A DNA stretch of 64,000 nt from Microbotryum violaceum (taxonomy: Eukaryota), in assembly GCA_001244265.2 (NCBI GenBank), contig CDLV01000012.1, positions 496,001 through 560,000 on the forward strand, read 5' to 3'. The notes under the pieces were generated by a model that saw nothing but the letters and a program-made list of their open reading frames with translations, had not been told where the DNA came from and searched no databases. Below are positions 1 to 13,221 of the stretch, in pieces (within the stretch, counting starts at the first letter, position 1; each line of letters begins with the position of its first letter). The translations under genes and the position numbers were made by a program.

Positions 1-1326
1 GTGCTTTTCGTGGGGTCGCTCGTGCGGGAGGGTGGGATCATCGTATTGGACGTGAGTTCGCGAGACGAGTGGCGCGGGAGGCTGGGAGGCCGAGTGACGT
101 GATGGGCCTCCCTTTCGTCGGTGGGGCACCATCCAGCTTCCAGCCCCAGCTCCCGAGGGCGGTCGAGGTTCGCGGATCGCACATCCTTCGCTTGGCAGAT
201 GTTGAATACTCTATTGGTGTCGATCATGCAGTGTTTCAAGCGTTCACGGTCCCCCTCGTGTTGATCCTCGGCGGCACGACCATCACCAGCATCTTGATGG
301 GCGCCGTGCCCGGCTGGTTGATCTCGCCTATCCCCGTCGCAACCTATGGGTGAGTCGGGATCCCACACAACCTATCAAGTCCACCAGAAACACACAACCT
401 AACCCCGAGGCCTATTGCGTAACCTTCAGTCTGATCCCCTTGATCGCCTCGGAATCGGGCCTCGTTTCCTTCCTACTCTCGACTCCTCGTCTCCCGCGAG
501 ACCTCCTCTTCTCCACCGTCGACGGTTTCTCCCGCGTCGTAGGCATGACCACTCTAGGCGTAGACACCGTTCTTGCGCACCCCAACCCTGCCCTCCGCAA
601 CTCCCCTTGGGCCATGGTTCTGGTGGCTACGATCGCCGGAGGTGGTGGAGGAATGCTGGTCCCGGCGATGAAGATGTTTCATGCCGATTGGGGCTTTGAT
701 GCCACGCCCGCTTGGGTGCGCGATGGACCTGGGGTCGATATCTGGGGTGCTACCGTGATTGGTTACGTCTATGCGTTAGTCTTCCCACAAACTGAGCATG
801 TGGAGAAACCGCTGACAGCTGTGGTGTTCGCTTTACATGACCACAGCACCTTAATCGACGCCCATCCTTTCTTCCGCCTCTTGCCCAAATACGTCCTCAC
901 CATCTTCCCCTTCGGGTCTAACTGGTTCCACCTCCCCAAGAGTTACTACGTCAATCCTTCCCCCGTCCCTCTTTTGTCGAACCATGAAGCCAAGATGTAA
1001 GTTCGCTACTCTGAACCTCGTGAGTTCGGCGACGGGCTGAACTGACCCTGACCCGTCAATTTTTGGATCCCCGCCCTCGCAATAGTTTCTGCTCCGTCCT
1101 GCTCTCCCTCATGCTCTGCACCCGTACCCTATGGCCTTACCTCCAATCGAACCGAAAACTGACGGCCTCAAGCTTGAACAAGAAGAACAAGAAGGTCACT
1201 CCGACCTCGGCTTTAACATCTTCCAAAGCCATGGCAGCCGTTGCAGATAAACCGAGTTCGAGTTCGTCGGCTGTGAGTGCGGATGAGAAGAATAAGCAGG
1301 GGTTGAAGGAGAGGAAGACGAAATAA
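1..1326 (+). CDS. Multi-pass membrane protein, TRIC channel/UPF0126-like (5' end outside window; multi-exon)
   Basis: Exons about <1-51, 199-349, 430-773, 848-996, 1086-1326, bounded by GT..AG introns. Hydrophobic helices with two glycine-rich motifs (ILGGTTITSILMGAVPGW; ATIAGGGGGMLVP) resemble the duplicated TRIC repeat; basic C-tail ends KERKTK. Confidence 0.55.
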
Positions 1327-2170
1327 GCGACCAATAGCGAGGAATGAGTGGTAAAATTGGTTAGTGAGAGAACAGGTAAGGGGTTTGGGAGCTGGGTTAC
1401 GTGAGAAGACGAGCAAAGAGGATCCCGAGGAGGGGGGGGGGGGGGGGGGGTCCGTCATGTGAAAATATCGAGTTTCAGTAGTTGTCGTTTGTTGCATTTA
1501 CCAGAGACAACGAGTGTCCTGTGTTCAAAATTGATTGTGTGGTACCTTGCCAGTTCAACTCCCAGTCCAAAATGCAAATGCACTCGGCGACCATGGGCCT
1601 CGGTCGTTCTGAACCAGAAAGGCGGGTTGAACCCGTACGGCGCGAGGGTAACCGACAGGAGGAGAGTGGGGGTACCGGGAGAGCTTGGGTTATTGCAGAG
1701 GTCAAGAAAAAGTGAAATGAGAAACGAACTACCAATGATTCAAAGAGAGAGAAACTAAAAGAGAAGATTGAAAAACGATGATGAATCGGCGACGGGTTGC
1801 GCTTTTAGGTAAAAAGAAAAGGTTGCGAAGACGAAAGTTGCAACCCAAGAACGACTTTGGCGTTTGCAATAGAATATGTACAGCGGGAGGGGGCGAGAAG
1901 GATAGTGGATGTGAAAACCCGAAAAGGAAGTAAAAGGAACGAGAGAAAAGGAACTGATGCGATGTGGGTGATTGACGAGCGGTAATTTTTTGCGTGAGGG
2001 GAACAGTCTTGGCAGGGCTCGGGGTACTGAATGCGAGGAAGCGAGGGTTTGAACACAATTTGGAAGAGCCTTGAAATAAGACGTAGATGAAGCAGATATC
2101 TTGAGGACCCATAAAAGGAATGCGAAGGCGAGAGCGCCGACAACAGAGGACTGGGAGGCGACCCCGTATT

Positions 2171-5100
2171 CTACGGTCGCATGCGCTCGTTTTGAAGTAG
2201 TTTCTCGACTGCGAGTGTTCACCAATCATTCCCAGATTAGATATTGCTACCTTCGACTAAAAATCCTGTGCACTCACTCGTGGCAAGATGCTTGGAGTAC
2301 GTCCCCGAATAGTTGCGCAGGTTTGCGAGTTGCAACGTCGTCTCCTCGAGCACACGCTCACGTTGAGCTCCTGTCGACTGCGTGATAATCTCTGCAGACG
2401 TTGCAAAAAAAGAGGATCAGTAGCCAGCTCAACCAACCCCGGAGAAGTATGCATGAGACGTACTCTGCACAACATAGTTTGCGAAAGGGTGTACGAGCAT
2501 CGAACGAATCGTACTCGTCCCGTCGGCTTGGTACCTCAAGATCTCCTCGATTAACTTCTCACGTTCCTCTTCATTGCCGTGCGAGAGACATTTTTCAACC
2601 ACATTAGACGCGAATTTTTGTTGGGCGAGGTGGTAGACCGAGCCATAGAGGGAGGAGACGACGCGCGATCGATCGGCGGCGTCGCCCTTTTCGATGACCC
2701 ATTGTACGACGTACTGCGACAAAAAAAACAGCAGCAGCATCAGTTGCATTCTTACTTGAGTACACATCATATCTGAAGGCCAACTCACGTTTCCGTACTG
2801 ATCTTGGATCAAATGCTGCGTGCAGGTGTGCAACTCGTCGAGTAACGGCCTCGACCGCGCCGAGGGGCAATGCTCAAAGATGCGTTGCAGAACGCGGCAG
2901 CCGTAGGTGTGCGTCGCGAGCATGTGAACATTCGTCAAGCAGGCGTCCGAGATGAAGGCGATCTTCTCGCTTGGAACGCGCTCGATTGCTCGCTGAAGGG
3001 AAAGAGAAGTCGCAAAGCGGTTAGGAGTGAGAAACGTCACGTCGGAGGAAAATAAGGGACCCACCTGGATCACATGGTTGGCCTGTGCGTCACGCGCACA
3101 CTTGAGAATCTGGCCATCGAGTTCCTTGACCAACCGAACTTGCTGGTCGAGAAGGAGAAATTCGATGGCCTATGAAGCAGTCACAAGAAGATGTAGTCAG
3201 ATGGTGCCCGAAGGATGACTAACGCCGCACACGACGCACCTTTTGAATAACACGACATCCGTACATCTGAAGTGAGAGTTCCAACACATGTCCTTCAAGT
3301 ACATTCGCCATCGCAGTCTTTTGCAACTGGCTTCCTTGCTCAAAGAATTTTTGTACGACGTCTGCTCGGCGAGACGTGCAATTTCGATCGGTCATGTCAG
3401 CCACCGAGCACGGTGGAACAAGTAACCAACGCCAAGGTCCAACTCACAGTTCGCAAACACATCCGTAGATAACTGCAACAAGTTGGGCAACATTTCTTGG
3501 AACGACATGTCCTTCTCGTCCGGCGAGGCCGTCTCGAGCTTGTTCTGGATGAACCTCGACCCGAGCTGATCGCCGGAAAACTCGACGATGTGACCCGAAA
3601 TATTCTATCAAAAGCAAGAGCGAGCCAACATCAGGACCACTCAGGCAATCAAGCCATCGGCGCAAGAATGACTGACCGACAACTCCCAATGCTTATGCTT
3701 GGCGTTCCTAAACTCGTCCAACAACTGACTCCTCAACGCGCGACCCATCGTCTCTCCTGCACCGTAACCAGCACCGTACCCAACGCCATAAGGTCGAGCC
3801 ATATCGTAAGCTATGATCCCCTGCGTTCCGATCCCGTTCGAAATGAGGTTGGGTTGCAAGCCGTTGCGAGGACCGGGTGCGATGTACTCGGCGTTCGAAC
3901 GCAGTTGACGACCGAGAATGATCTGGTGTTGTTGCGCGGGCTGGAAACCGTTCGCGGCGCCGACGCCGTTAGAGTGGTGGTCGAACGTCGCCGAGAGGTG
4001 ATTGCCTGCACCCATGTTGTACGAGTACGCCGAGGGCTGGGGTGACATCGCGGGGGTGTAAGGGATCGAGAACGAGCCGTGGCGAGAGACGGCGGCGCTG
4101 TTGGCAGAGGAGGCATAGTCCAAGGCAGACATGCCCCACGACAGAGGCAGGGATCTATGGGACGAAGTGCAAGCGAGGCCAAGAAGACAGAAACAGATGA
4201 GTATGGAAGCGAAAAGGATAGAAAGGGGAGGTAAGCGGACTGACTCCGAGTCCCGACGGCCCATTGACGGCTCCGCTGCTTGGGCGGCGTAGTAAGTCGC
4301 GTCCGGCTGGGCGGCGTAGTAAGCGTCGGAGGGAGAAATATAAGGCGTTGTAGCATAGTAGATACCGTAAGGCGTCATCTGAGCGGTCCCTAGGCTCGTG
4401 TTGAGCGCATTCGAGCCGCCGTTTGTGTCCCCGTTCGCGGGCGCGGCAGTTCGCCAGTCGGCACCGAGCGAGAGAGGAGGTGAAGCGTAGGCGTCGAGGC
4501 GCGCTTGTTGCGACTGCAGCACGGGGGGATGAAGTTTTTGCGACGCATTGCTGGTGTTGGAGGAAAGGCTCATGCTACTCAGACCAGTGACGAGATCATC
4601 GGGCGACAACGAGTGGGTGGTGGCCGGTCCCGCCGAGCTGTGGCGCTGCTGCTGGGAGTGAGGTAGCTGGTGCTTGTAGGAGTCAAATGCGCACAAACTC
4701 GGCTGAGCCCTCGACCGGTCCAACGATCTGGGGTCGGCACTACGGATGCTCGGCACGTTCGGCACTTTGGTGTTGATATAGGCGGACGTATTCTTGCCGC
4801 TCGAGGCCGAACTGTAAGGGACGACCTCCGACGCTCCGCTCGCGCCGGCGGCGTTGCCCGAATTCGGTGCAGCCGCCGCCGAAGCGGAGGCGGAAGGCGA
4901 GGTCGCAGAAGTGGTGATCGTGCCATGATAGTCGATCCCACCCGGGAACTTGAAGAAAGATTCGGCACTTGCAGCCGACGAGAGTTGGTTGACGCGACCT
5001 TCGTGCTGCTGATGCGGTGACCCCTCAGCGGCGCCGGGGTGGGTGTCGTGACCGCCGTGCGGTGCTGTGCCACTTGCCACTGCCGGCGGGGCCGGCCTCG

Positions 5101-6592
5101 ACGCAGCGAGGGGCGAGGTCGACCTAAGGTGGCTGCTACGTTCGCCGAACGACAAGTCGTAGCGGGGCAGGCCCGACTTGGAGCGGGGCACCGACGGTCG
5201 ACTCGACGCGAACGAGGACGTGGACGAGCCGTTGACGAGGTCGTTGTCGAATGGACTTGATTTGGCCGAGCCGGACGCGGACGAGGAGAAGACGCTCGAG
5301 CGCAAGTCAATTGATGACCCTGACTGCTTGATTGTCGGGCGTGTGGTCGTCGACATGGTTGTCACGTGGTTGCTGCTCGTCGTGTTGAAGTGGTGGTTCT
5401 GATACACGACAACAGAGGGGGAGGGGGAGGCGAGGGTGAAATCGAAGTGCACACACACACACACAACACAAGAGGCAAGGTCCAAGTTGTTGACAAGTGG
5501 CCGAAAGCGGGAATACCACACCGCGAGCAGCACAGACACGCGAGGAGCCAAAAACCAAAAAAAAAAAAAAAATCAGTGTGCGCGGTTCGAGAGACAAACA
5601 GTAGCTTGGAGCCGGCGGCGGCGCTGGGAGGGTGAAGGGGCGAGGGGGCGGTTTTGCCCAAAAAGCAGAAAGGCTGTCTGTAGCAAGGCCAGGCCTAGCA
5701 CATCGTCTTGTCCCGGGGAGTCGGCGACTGTGAAACCGGACAGATTCCGCCGCCCGCTAGCGCGGAAATACAACCTCGGAAAGGAGAGTGGCCATAACGC
5801 ACCGTCGCCGGCTACTGCGATAGGGGGCGCGACCGGGTGCACGGCTGAGACGCCTCCACTGCCCCCGCCCCTGGCCCCCTCTGTTCTCCCGAGTCGGCGA
5901 GGCCCCAAAGCCGAGACACCGTTGCGGTGTTTTTTCACCCTCTCGTATGACACCATACTGGTGGGAGACAGAAGAGGAAAAAACAAGAGGGGATATTCGC
6001 TCACCAGTCTGTCCACAGAGTGCCGTGACGGCAGTTGATTCGGTTCGGTTGGCCACCCATTCGCGGGCGCCGCGACCGCGACCGGTACAGTGGCCGTCGG
6101 TGTCGTTCCATTCGAAGCCGAATGCCCGTCAGAATCCTGGGGTAGCCTCGTCGAATCGAGCCCGACTGCCGCCTCGTCATCGCCGTTCCACCTCGACTTG
6201 ACAAGCGATTCTTTGCTCGCCGATTCGCGGACCGTCTTGAACCCGAATACCTCTTCACCAATTGCCAAGCTGCTCCCGCCGGGCGTGCGTTGCCCCTCGT
6301 CGGCTATTCCATTCGAGCGCGACGAAGTAGGGGTCCCTGGTCCGCAGACGCTTCGCATCGAGCCACCGTTCGTCCCATTCGGTAAGCCCAACTTGGAGTT
6401 GGATCGCGTGGCACCGACGAACAGATGAAAAGAAGAAGCTTCGAAGGCGGGAACGCTTCGTTGCCCTGGTCCGAACCGATCGAAAACGGGCGAGGGCAAC
6501 TTGCCGAGCGAGAGCGACGACGCTAAAGAAGTGGACGAGGTCGACAAGGGTTCGAACGACTGTCTCCTCGGGAGTCCCATCGGTCGAGACAT
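2171..6592 (-). CDS. PUF3: Pumilio/PUF RNA-binding protein (Puf3-like), multi-exon
   Basis: PUF repeats across exons: [87 protein letters not shown]; ends [12 protein letters not shown] at 2171. Exon 6592-6006 splices in phase 0 to 5399; alternative ATG at 5356. Confidence 0.85.
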
Positions 6593-7918
6593 GGCGTATA
6601 TTCTGCGATGTCAAATGAACAAATGAAACACATTGGATCAGTCGCTGCGATAACTTTTGATGCAACCAACGATTTGACTCGAACGGCCACAGACTGGTTG
6701 CTAGTGCCAAGTCGGAACTTGCCCCGGGACCGAGCGCGCGCGCGCGCGCCTGCCAACGTCTCGCTCGAACCTCGAAAGCCCGCGACAAAGGTTCGAACGG
6801 GGATGGGTCAAGAGGAGTACTAACCCAATAGATATGTCAACGAGATAGGGATAAATACCAAGAAGGCGAATACTTGAGCGTGGTAGAAGAGGTACGGACG
6901 ATCCACTTGCTTGATGTGTCAGGCTTGAGGCAACAGTGTTAGGTTGGAAGCGGCCGAGTCCGGAGAGATGCGAGATGCGCTAAGGACGAATAATTGATCA
7001 ACGGACGAACGCCAGCTTGAGGCTGTCCAAGCTTCCTTGAAAGTTGAAGGTGGGGGGAAGAAAGAGGCCGTCGCAACACGTCGAGGTGAGGGGCGAGGTA
7101 GATAGATGAAGAGGATGACCCCTCGAACAAGAAAGTGAAACACCAGAGTCCGACACCGCCCTTGTCCGATGCGAGAGAGGAGAGACACGCAGGCGTCGTC
7201 GAAAGGGAGCAGCTAATACGCGCTCGAAGTGAGATCCGATCTTGGAACTTCGAAGTCGACCGCCGAACACGATGCAATTGCGGTTCTACAGTAAAGGAGG
7301 GCTTGCGGAAAAGGTCGCGGACGAGAGAAGTCGAGCCAATCCGATCGATAGTAGCTTGAGCTCTCGTAAGGAATCGGACCAAGCCCAGAGCTGCGACGCA
7401 CACCGGCTAGCGAGCAGGCTGAAACGGGGCAGGAACGAGTAAGCTCAAGGAGCGTTCGCGGAACGCCGACGGCGCCAGGCGCGGCATAATCACGGCCTAG
7501 AGCTACGTCATGGCATGTGCTAAGGCCTTTTTTTCGTTTCTTCTTCTTCTTGTTTTTGGACATTTGGAAACAGCACGATGAAAGACATCGAAACAAAGAT
7601 GAAGTGGAGCGTGAGTCTTTGAGGACCAAGCGCATTCTCCGTTTTAAGTTCGTCGCTTCGGGGCGTGCCACATGGCCCCAATTTCGGACTTGCTGGTTGC
7701 GCACGGAGCTTCGCCTGCTAATCGGTGCGCGCCGTGTCCCCGTCAACCTTGAGCTCGGAGCTCCTAGAACCTGATTGCGACACGGATGGGCCATAGCTGC
7801 AAGATAGAACCGACGGGCAGGCTTAATGTAGTGCCTTTCTCTCGGACTGTGGGATGATTTTGGTGAGGAATAGGTGGGTCAAAGCCGACTTCGATTGCTC
7901 ATCGCTATACGGTGTCTA

Positions 7919-9063
7919 CTAGGGTGCAGCAGCAGTCGCAGCCTTGGCGCCAGCGGCAGTCGAGGCTCGTACCGTCGTAGCCCCCGACTTGGCCATACCC
8001 ACGTTCCAGCTGCAAGTGGCCAACGAGAGAGTACACCATCAAGTCAGCTTGAGTGAAAAGGAGAAAACGGAGAGGAGCTCGGCGGAATCGCGAGCCTTAC
8101 CCCCAGGATTGCAACGTTCGGACAAACTTGGGCGTAATGGCGACCTGGTTTGTAAAAGACCGAGCAAGTCAGAGTACGTACAGAGTACGGTGTACCCGAC
8201 AAGCCACGAGAGTCACCTACCGTGAGCCCGACCCGTACGGGCAAGAGCAACGTCTTGTGGATCGCATACGCTAAAACGGCGGTCGTCGCAATCGCCGAAT
8301 ACCCATCCTGGTGCTTCCCACTCGCATCAGTCCCCACAACACCCTTGACGCCTTCTGCGAGCCCATCCTGCGCGTGCTCGACCTTCTTCTCGTGTTCCTT
8401 ATGGCTCAACTTTCTCCTCGCGCCTTCGACGAGGTTGCCCGCTCCGGGATGTCGTTCCTTCCAATCCTCGAATCCGACCTTGAGTTTGCCCGGTTCGCCC
8501 GTATCTTTTCTTCGCCAGCCCAAAGCATCCAAGACGTAGTCTTCGGCGATGCGAACCTTGTCGGCTCCGATGGCGTAGATGAGTAGGAAGGTGAGGGAGA
8601 AGTCGATGGCGGAGAGGAGGAGGTAGATTGAAAGCGCGGACCAGCCGTGGGTGCGGAACGAGGTTTTCAGTCGTTGCGAGAGTGACTCGTTCTTGGGTTT
8701 CGAGTCCGGGTCCGCGGTGGGGTTGGAGGACGAAGACGACGAAGACGAGGATGCCGTAGACGCGTCAGCGAGCGGCAAGTTGGTGGTCTCGGCATTCCGC
8801 AGTGGAGAGGAAGAGAAGGTGCGGAAAGCGATCGAGGGTGGGGAGCGCGCGAATGTCGAACGCTGTCCCAGCCATAGCGAACGTTTTAAAGAGTAGGATC
8901 GAGCGAGATGCAAGGGGATCCAAGGTGGTGTGGGGGCGGCCGTCGACGCGAGGCGGCGCGAGGCGATTCGGCACGTTGCTGGCGTGGACAGTGGGGCTGC
9001 ATGTTGGGGAAGCTGGGCGTGAACAAGCTTGGAAGCGATGTTCCATCGTGGGAGGGCGAGCAT
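7919..9063 (-). CDS. FAM210/Nat2-like (DUF1279) mitochondrial membrane protein
   Basis: Arg/Ser-rich N-terminal presequence, then RLKTSFRTHGWSALSIYLLLSAIDFSLTFLLI and AVLAYAIHKTLLLPVRVGLTV(AITPKFV) motifs typical of DUF1279; two short 3' exons end at TAG 7919-7921. Confidence 0.8.
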
Positions 9064-9150
9064 GGGTGCGAACACTTGATAGACGTAGTGCTGGTAGGAG
9101 GGAAACGAGCTATGATCCGTCTGCGCGGCAGACGTTTCCTGCGTGCCCGA

Positions 9151-9210
9151 TGCCCAATTGCCAATAGTGGCCCAATAGTGGCCCAATAGTTGCCCAATAG
9201 TTGCCCAATC
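9151..9210. promoter_or_regulatory. Tandem CCAAT-containing repeat (11-bp unit) in a divergent promoter
   Basis: CCAAT at 9154, 9161, 9172, 9183, 9194, 9205, within the 236-bp gap between divergent ATGs at 9063 and 9300. Confidence 0.5.
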
Positions 9211-9299
9211 CTCTCCCGCTGTCCAGTCGGCCAAGCCTGGCGAACGTCTTGCTCTCGCCGATCCCTTCGCCCCATCATTCCCGCCTCGTTTGCCCAACC

Positions 9300-10941
9300 A
9301 TGCGTCTCTGGGCTATCCTTTATCTCGCCTCCATATCGAGCCCTGCACTTTTTGCGCAGACGTCCTTCGCTCAGCAACAGATCCCACTCCAGGCTCCCTT
9401 CTCGGCCCCCTCAACCTCCTCGTCAACCTCCGGCGAGGCGAATGTGCTGCATCGCTTGACGTTCCCTTCCCGAGCGGCAACTCAGGCCGCTCGGGATTGG
9501 CTGCAACACGACTATGACGTATGGAAGGCGACCCCATCAACGATCGACGTCCTCTTACCAATGTGGACCGATCGATCCGTATCCGTTCCGTTCGAGTCGT
9601 GGCTCCTCGACTTGGGCGCTACGTCCTCCTCCATCATCATCCCTTCCCTCTCCCATCTTCTTCGGACATCACCAACATTAGGTTCATCTTACAATCGCAT
9701 GTTGTCCTCCGCCGCTCTCGCCAACTGGACCTCCTCGTCGGAAGCCTCAGCGACCCAAAGTGGGGCCTCTCGGCAACGCCGCGCTCTCGACGCCTCGACG
9801 ATCCATGACTCGTACCACCCCCTCGAAGCCATCGAGAACATTCTCCGATCGTTCGAACAGGATTTTCCGGGCTTTGCCAAGGTCGTTGTCATTGGCGCGA
9901 GCAGTGAAGGAAGAACTATCTGGGGTCTCAAAGGTACGTTCGGGCAGCAAATCTTTACCTCGCCAACTGTTTAACATCGAGCTGAACCTTCTATACTATC
10001 ATACAGTGACCAACTTTGCTTACCAACCCGAGTCTGCGCCGTTGAATTCGGAGCAGACGACGATGGACGAATTGCTCAACAAGCGCAAGACCAAGAAGAA
10101 GAAGAAGAAGAAGAAGGAAGACGAACGACTCGCAGCCAAACACGGCTTTGTCGTCGTCGGAGCCCAACACGCCCGCGAATGGATTGCGCCCGCTACAGCA
10201 CTGTACGCGATCCACGACCTCCTGCTCTCAAGCCTGCCCGATGAAGCGTCGGACAAAGCGTCGGACAACACGCGACAACTGCTCGACGAGATCGAATTTA
10301 CCTTCATCCCCGTTTTGAATGTCGACGGCTACGCCTACACCTGGACCAACAACCGCTTGTGGCGCAAGAACCGTCAACCCGTCGGATCCGACTGCTTCGG
10401 CCTCGACCTCAATCGCAATTGGCCTTATGCCTTCTCCTCCCCTCGGCCGAACCCTTGCTCGGAGGCCTATCCTGGATCCGAACCATTCCAATCGCCCGAA
10501 CTGCAAGCGCTCTCGGCGTACCTAACGCACGAAAAGCACAACATCAAAGCCTTCCTCGACCTGCACAGTTTCGGCCAATTCATTCTCTTCCCTTACTCGT
10601 ATTCATGCGACCACGCCTCGCCGGACCAAGAGAATCATTTCGAAGCCGTCGTCGGAGCGCAAAAAGCCCTTCGTGCCGTTCACGGTCGATCGTTCGACGT
10701 GGGATCGGTGTGTGAAGTGTCGTTGACTGCGCCAGGGGGATCGTTGGATTGGTCGTATCAGACGGCGGGGATAAGGTGGTCTTTTTCGATCGAGTTGAGG
10801 GATCAGGGCGTATTTGGGTTCCTTTTGCCGCCGAGTCAGATCAGGGCTAGTGGGGAGGAAACGGCTGAAGCGTTCAAGGATTTGGCGGCTTACGTGGTCA
10901 GGAAGGAGGCGGGGGGGAGGTTCAGCTTTGATGAGGAGTAA
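9300..10941 (+). CDS. M14 zinc metallocarboxypeptidase (CPA/Ecm14-related), secreted preproenzyme
   Basis: Signal peptide MRLWAILYLASISSPALFA; motifs HAREW, WRKNR, DLNRNW, LDLHSFGQ, GGSLDW, IELRD; one intron about 9934-10005. Confidence 0.9.
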
Positions 10942-11252
10942 AGGAGGTCTTTTCGTTGCTCTGCATCCGCCGGCACGTGTGTCTTTGTTCGTTTTCGTAC
11001 TTGTAACTTTGCTGTGTGTTACATGTTTGTGTCTAATTGCAGCATATTCTCTTCCTGCAAGTCCTTGAGTACTTTGAGCGCACGGCACGACACGGGCAGA
11101 TTAAAGTTTGCTCGGGGCGGTTGCTTGGTTGCTCGGCATGCCGGCCAAGACCAAGCTTGGATCAACGTCGTGCCGGGCTCCCGGCCCCACTTTGACCCTC
11201 GCTTTCGGGTACTCGCAACCTCACTTCCTCCCTCGTACTGTCGCCTCAAACC

Positions 11253-13221
11253 ATGTCACCCACTCTTGACGTCCCCGGAGCTCTCAACGCCCTCCACTCG
11301 ACCTTCTCCTCCTCCCAACTCTCCCAAGACACCCCGACCTTGACCCAATTCGGCTCGACCTTCGGCTCGTTCGCTCCCCCCACCCCACCTCTGATCATCG
11401 TCTATGCCGAATCGACTCAAGACGTCGTCGCATGCGTCAATATCGCGACAAAGTTCGGTATAGTGATCATCCCTGTTGGAGGGAGGACCTCTTTGGAAGG
11501 ACAGTTCCTTCCCCCTTCCATTCCCGAGGCTCCATCATGTTGTCATCCACCGCTCGAAGATCGAACCTTACCCCGAACCGTCGAACCCGAAAATTCGTCC
11601 GGCACCCCATTGGAAAAGATAAAAATATCCCCCCCACCATCACCATCATTCACTCCCAACCCCTCCCGTCCAACGATCCACCTCTCGCTTTCCCGAATGG
11701 ACAACATCCAACTCTTTCCCTCCGATTTCAGCGCCATCGTCGGTCCGGGGGCAGGTTGGCAATCGCTCAATGAACGTCTCGCAGAAGAGGGGGTCAACCA
11801 ATTCTTCCCTATTGATCCGGCGCCGAGGAGCGAGTTTGGGGGGATGGTAGGCGTGGGAGGTAGTGGTACTAATGCGGTGGGCTTTGGGACTATGAGAGGG
11901 GAGTGGGTCGGGGGGATGGAGGTGAGTTTCGGGGTTGAGAGCAAAGTGCGCGAGGGGTGGGTTCAGGAGGTGAAGATTTTCTCAAGCTGATAAGAGTGAG
12001 GCTATTTGCATGTCTGATCGTACAGGTGGTGCTGATGAGTGGAGAAGTGATCAAGACCAAAGGTTCGAGTCGGGCTCGTGAGTTGAACTGCTGTCATAAC
12101 CGTTCAGCGAACACTCGAACTAATCCCCCCACCTTTGACGTCGTCGCTCCTCCACATCAAGGCAAATCCTCAACGGGTTGGGACCTTGGTCGTCTCTTCC
12201 TCGGCTCGGAAGGCACACTAGGCGTGAGTGCAATACAAGGTGTCGCTCCTCTGTGGAGAAACAGCCTCTGATCATCATCACTTCCCCCTCCTACCTAGAT
12301 CATCACCTCCATAACGGTCCGGTTGGCCCCACTCGTCCCCCTAAAAGTCGCCATCGCTTCCTTCCCCAGCATCTCCCAAGCCGTCCTCTCCGTCGTTTCC
12401 ATAATTCAAGCCGGCCTAAACCCCACCTCCCTCGAACTCCTCGACGGTCTCTCCATCAAAGCGATGAACCTAGCCGAAATGATGCCGAAACCGTTGGAAG
12501 AGATCCCGACGGTGATGATGAGGTTCGGATCACCCTTCCCGGAAGCGGTCAAAGGGGCTATGGAGAGGGTCGGGGAGATTGTAAGGGGTTTTGGATGTAG
12601 GGAGTTTAGGGTCGCGAAGGATGATAGGGAGAGTGAGGTGTTTTGGAAAGCGAGGAAAGTAGGTACTAAATGGCCAGGCATGAAGATCTGACTTGTCTTT
12701 CGGACAAAGATTGATCGCAAACTCGTTCCAATTCGCAGGCACAATACTGGTCTCAACAACTACTCCTTTCCCCTTCACCCACCTCAACCCCATGCCGTAC
12801 CTTGATAACCGACATTTGCGTTCCCATATCCCAACTACCCTCCTTCATAACCCAATCCGAGGCTTTAGTGAACCCTCTCGCTTCTAAAGGGATCCTCGCT
12901 CCCGTCGTCGCGCACGCAGGCGATGGCAACGTTCATCGAGCTATACTGTACCTCCCTCATCCTCGAACGGGGCTCGCTCCTAAAGAAGTGGGCGAATTAG
13001 CAGAGGCTTTGAGTTCGCTCGCTTTGGAACTTGGGGGTACGGTCGCGGGTGAACATGGGATTGGGATGACGAAGAGGAAATACCTCAGGAAGGAATTGGG
13101 GGAAGGGACTTTGGGATTGATGAGGAAGGTTAAGAGCTTGTTGGATCCGTTAGGTTTGTTGAATCCGGGGAAAGTGATTTACGAGACGGTGGAGGAGGAG
13201 AGGAGGGAGAGTCGGTTGTAG
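11253..13221 (+). CDS. FAD-linked oxidase, D-lactate dehydrogenase (Dld1-like), multi-exon
   Basis: IPVGGRTSLEGQ, FFPIDPAP..GGMVG, KSSTGWDLGRLFLGSEGTLG, TDICVPIS, AHAGDGNVH, GEHGIG, LDPLGLLNPGK. Confidence 0.9.

Noticed and set aside
1430-1450. Long G homopolymer downstream of the first gene
   Set aside because: Simple repeat in a 3' UTR/intergenic region with no supportable function.
6900-7800. Short ORFs between the Pumilio and FAM210-like genes (e.g. MSKNKKKKKRKK)
   Set aside because: Derived from a simple (TTC)n tract; no coherent gene model or motif.
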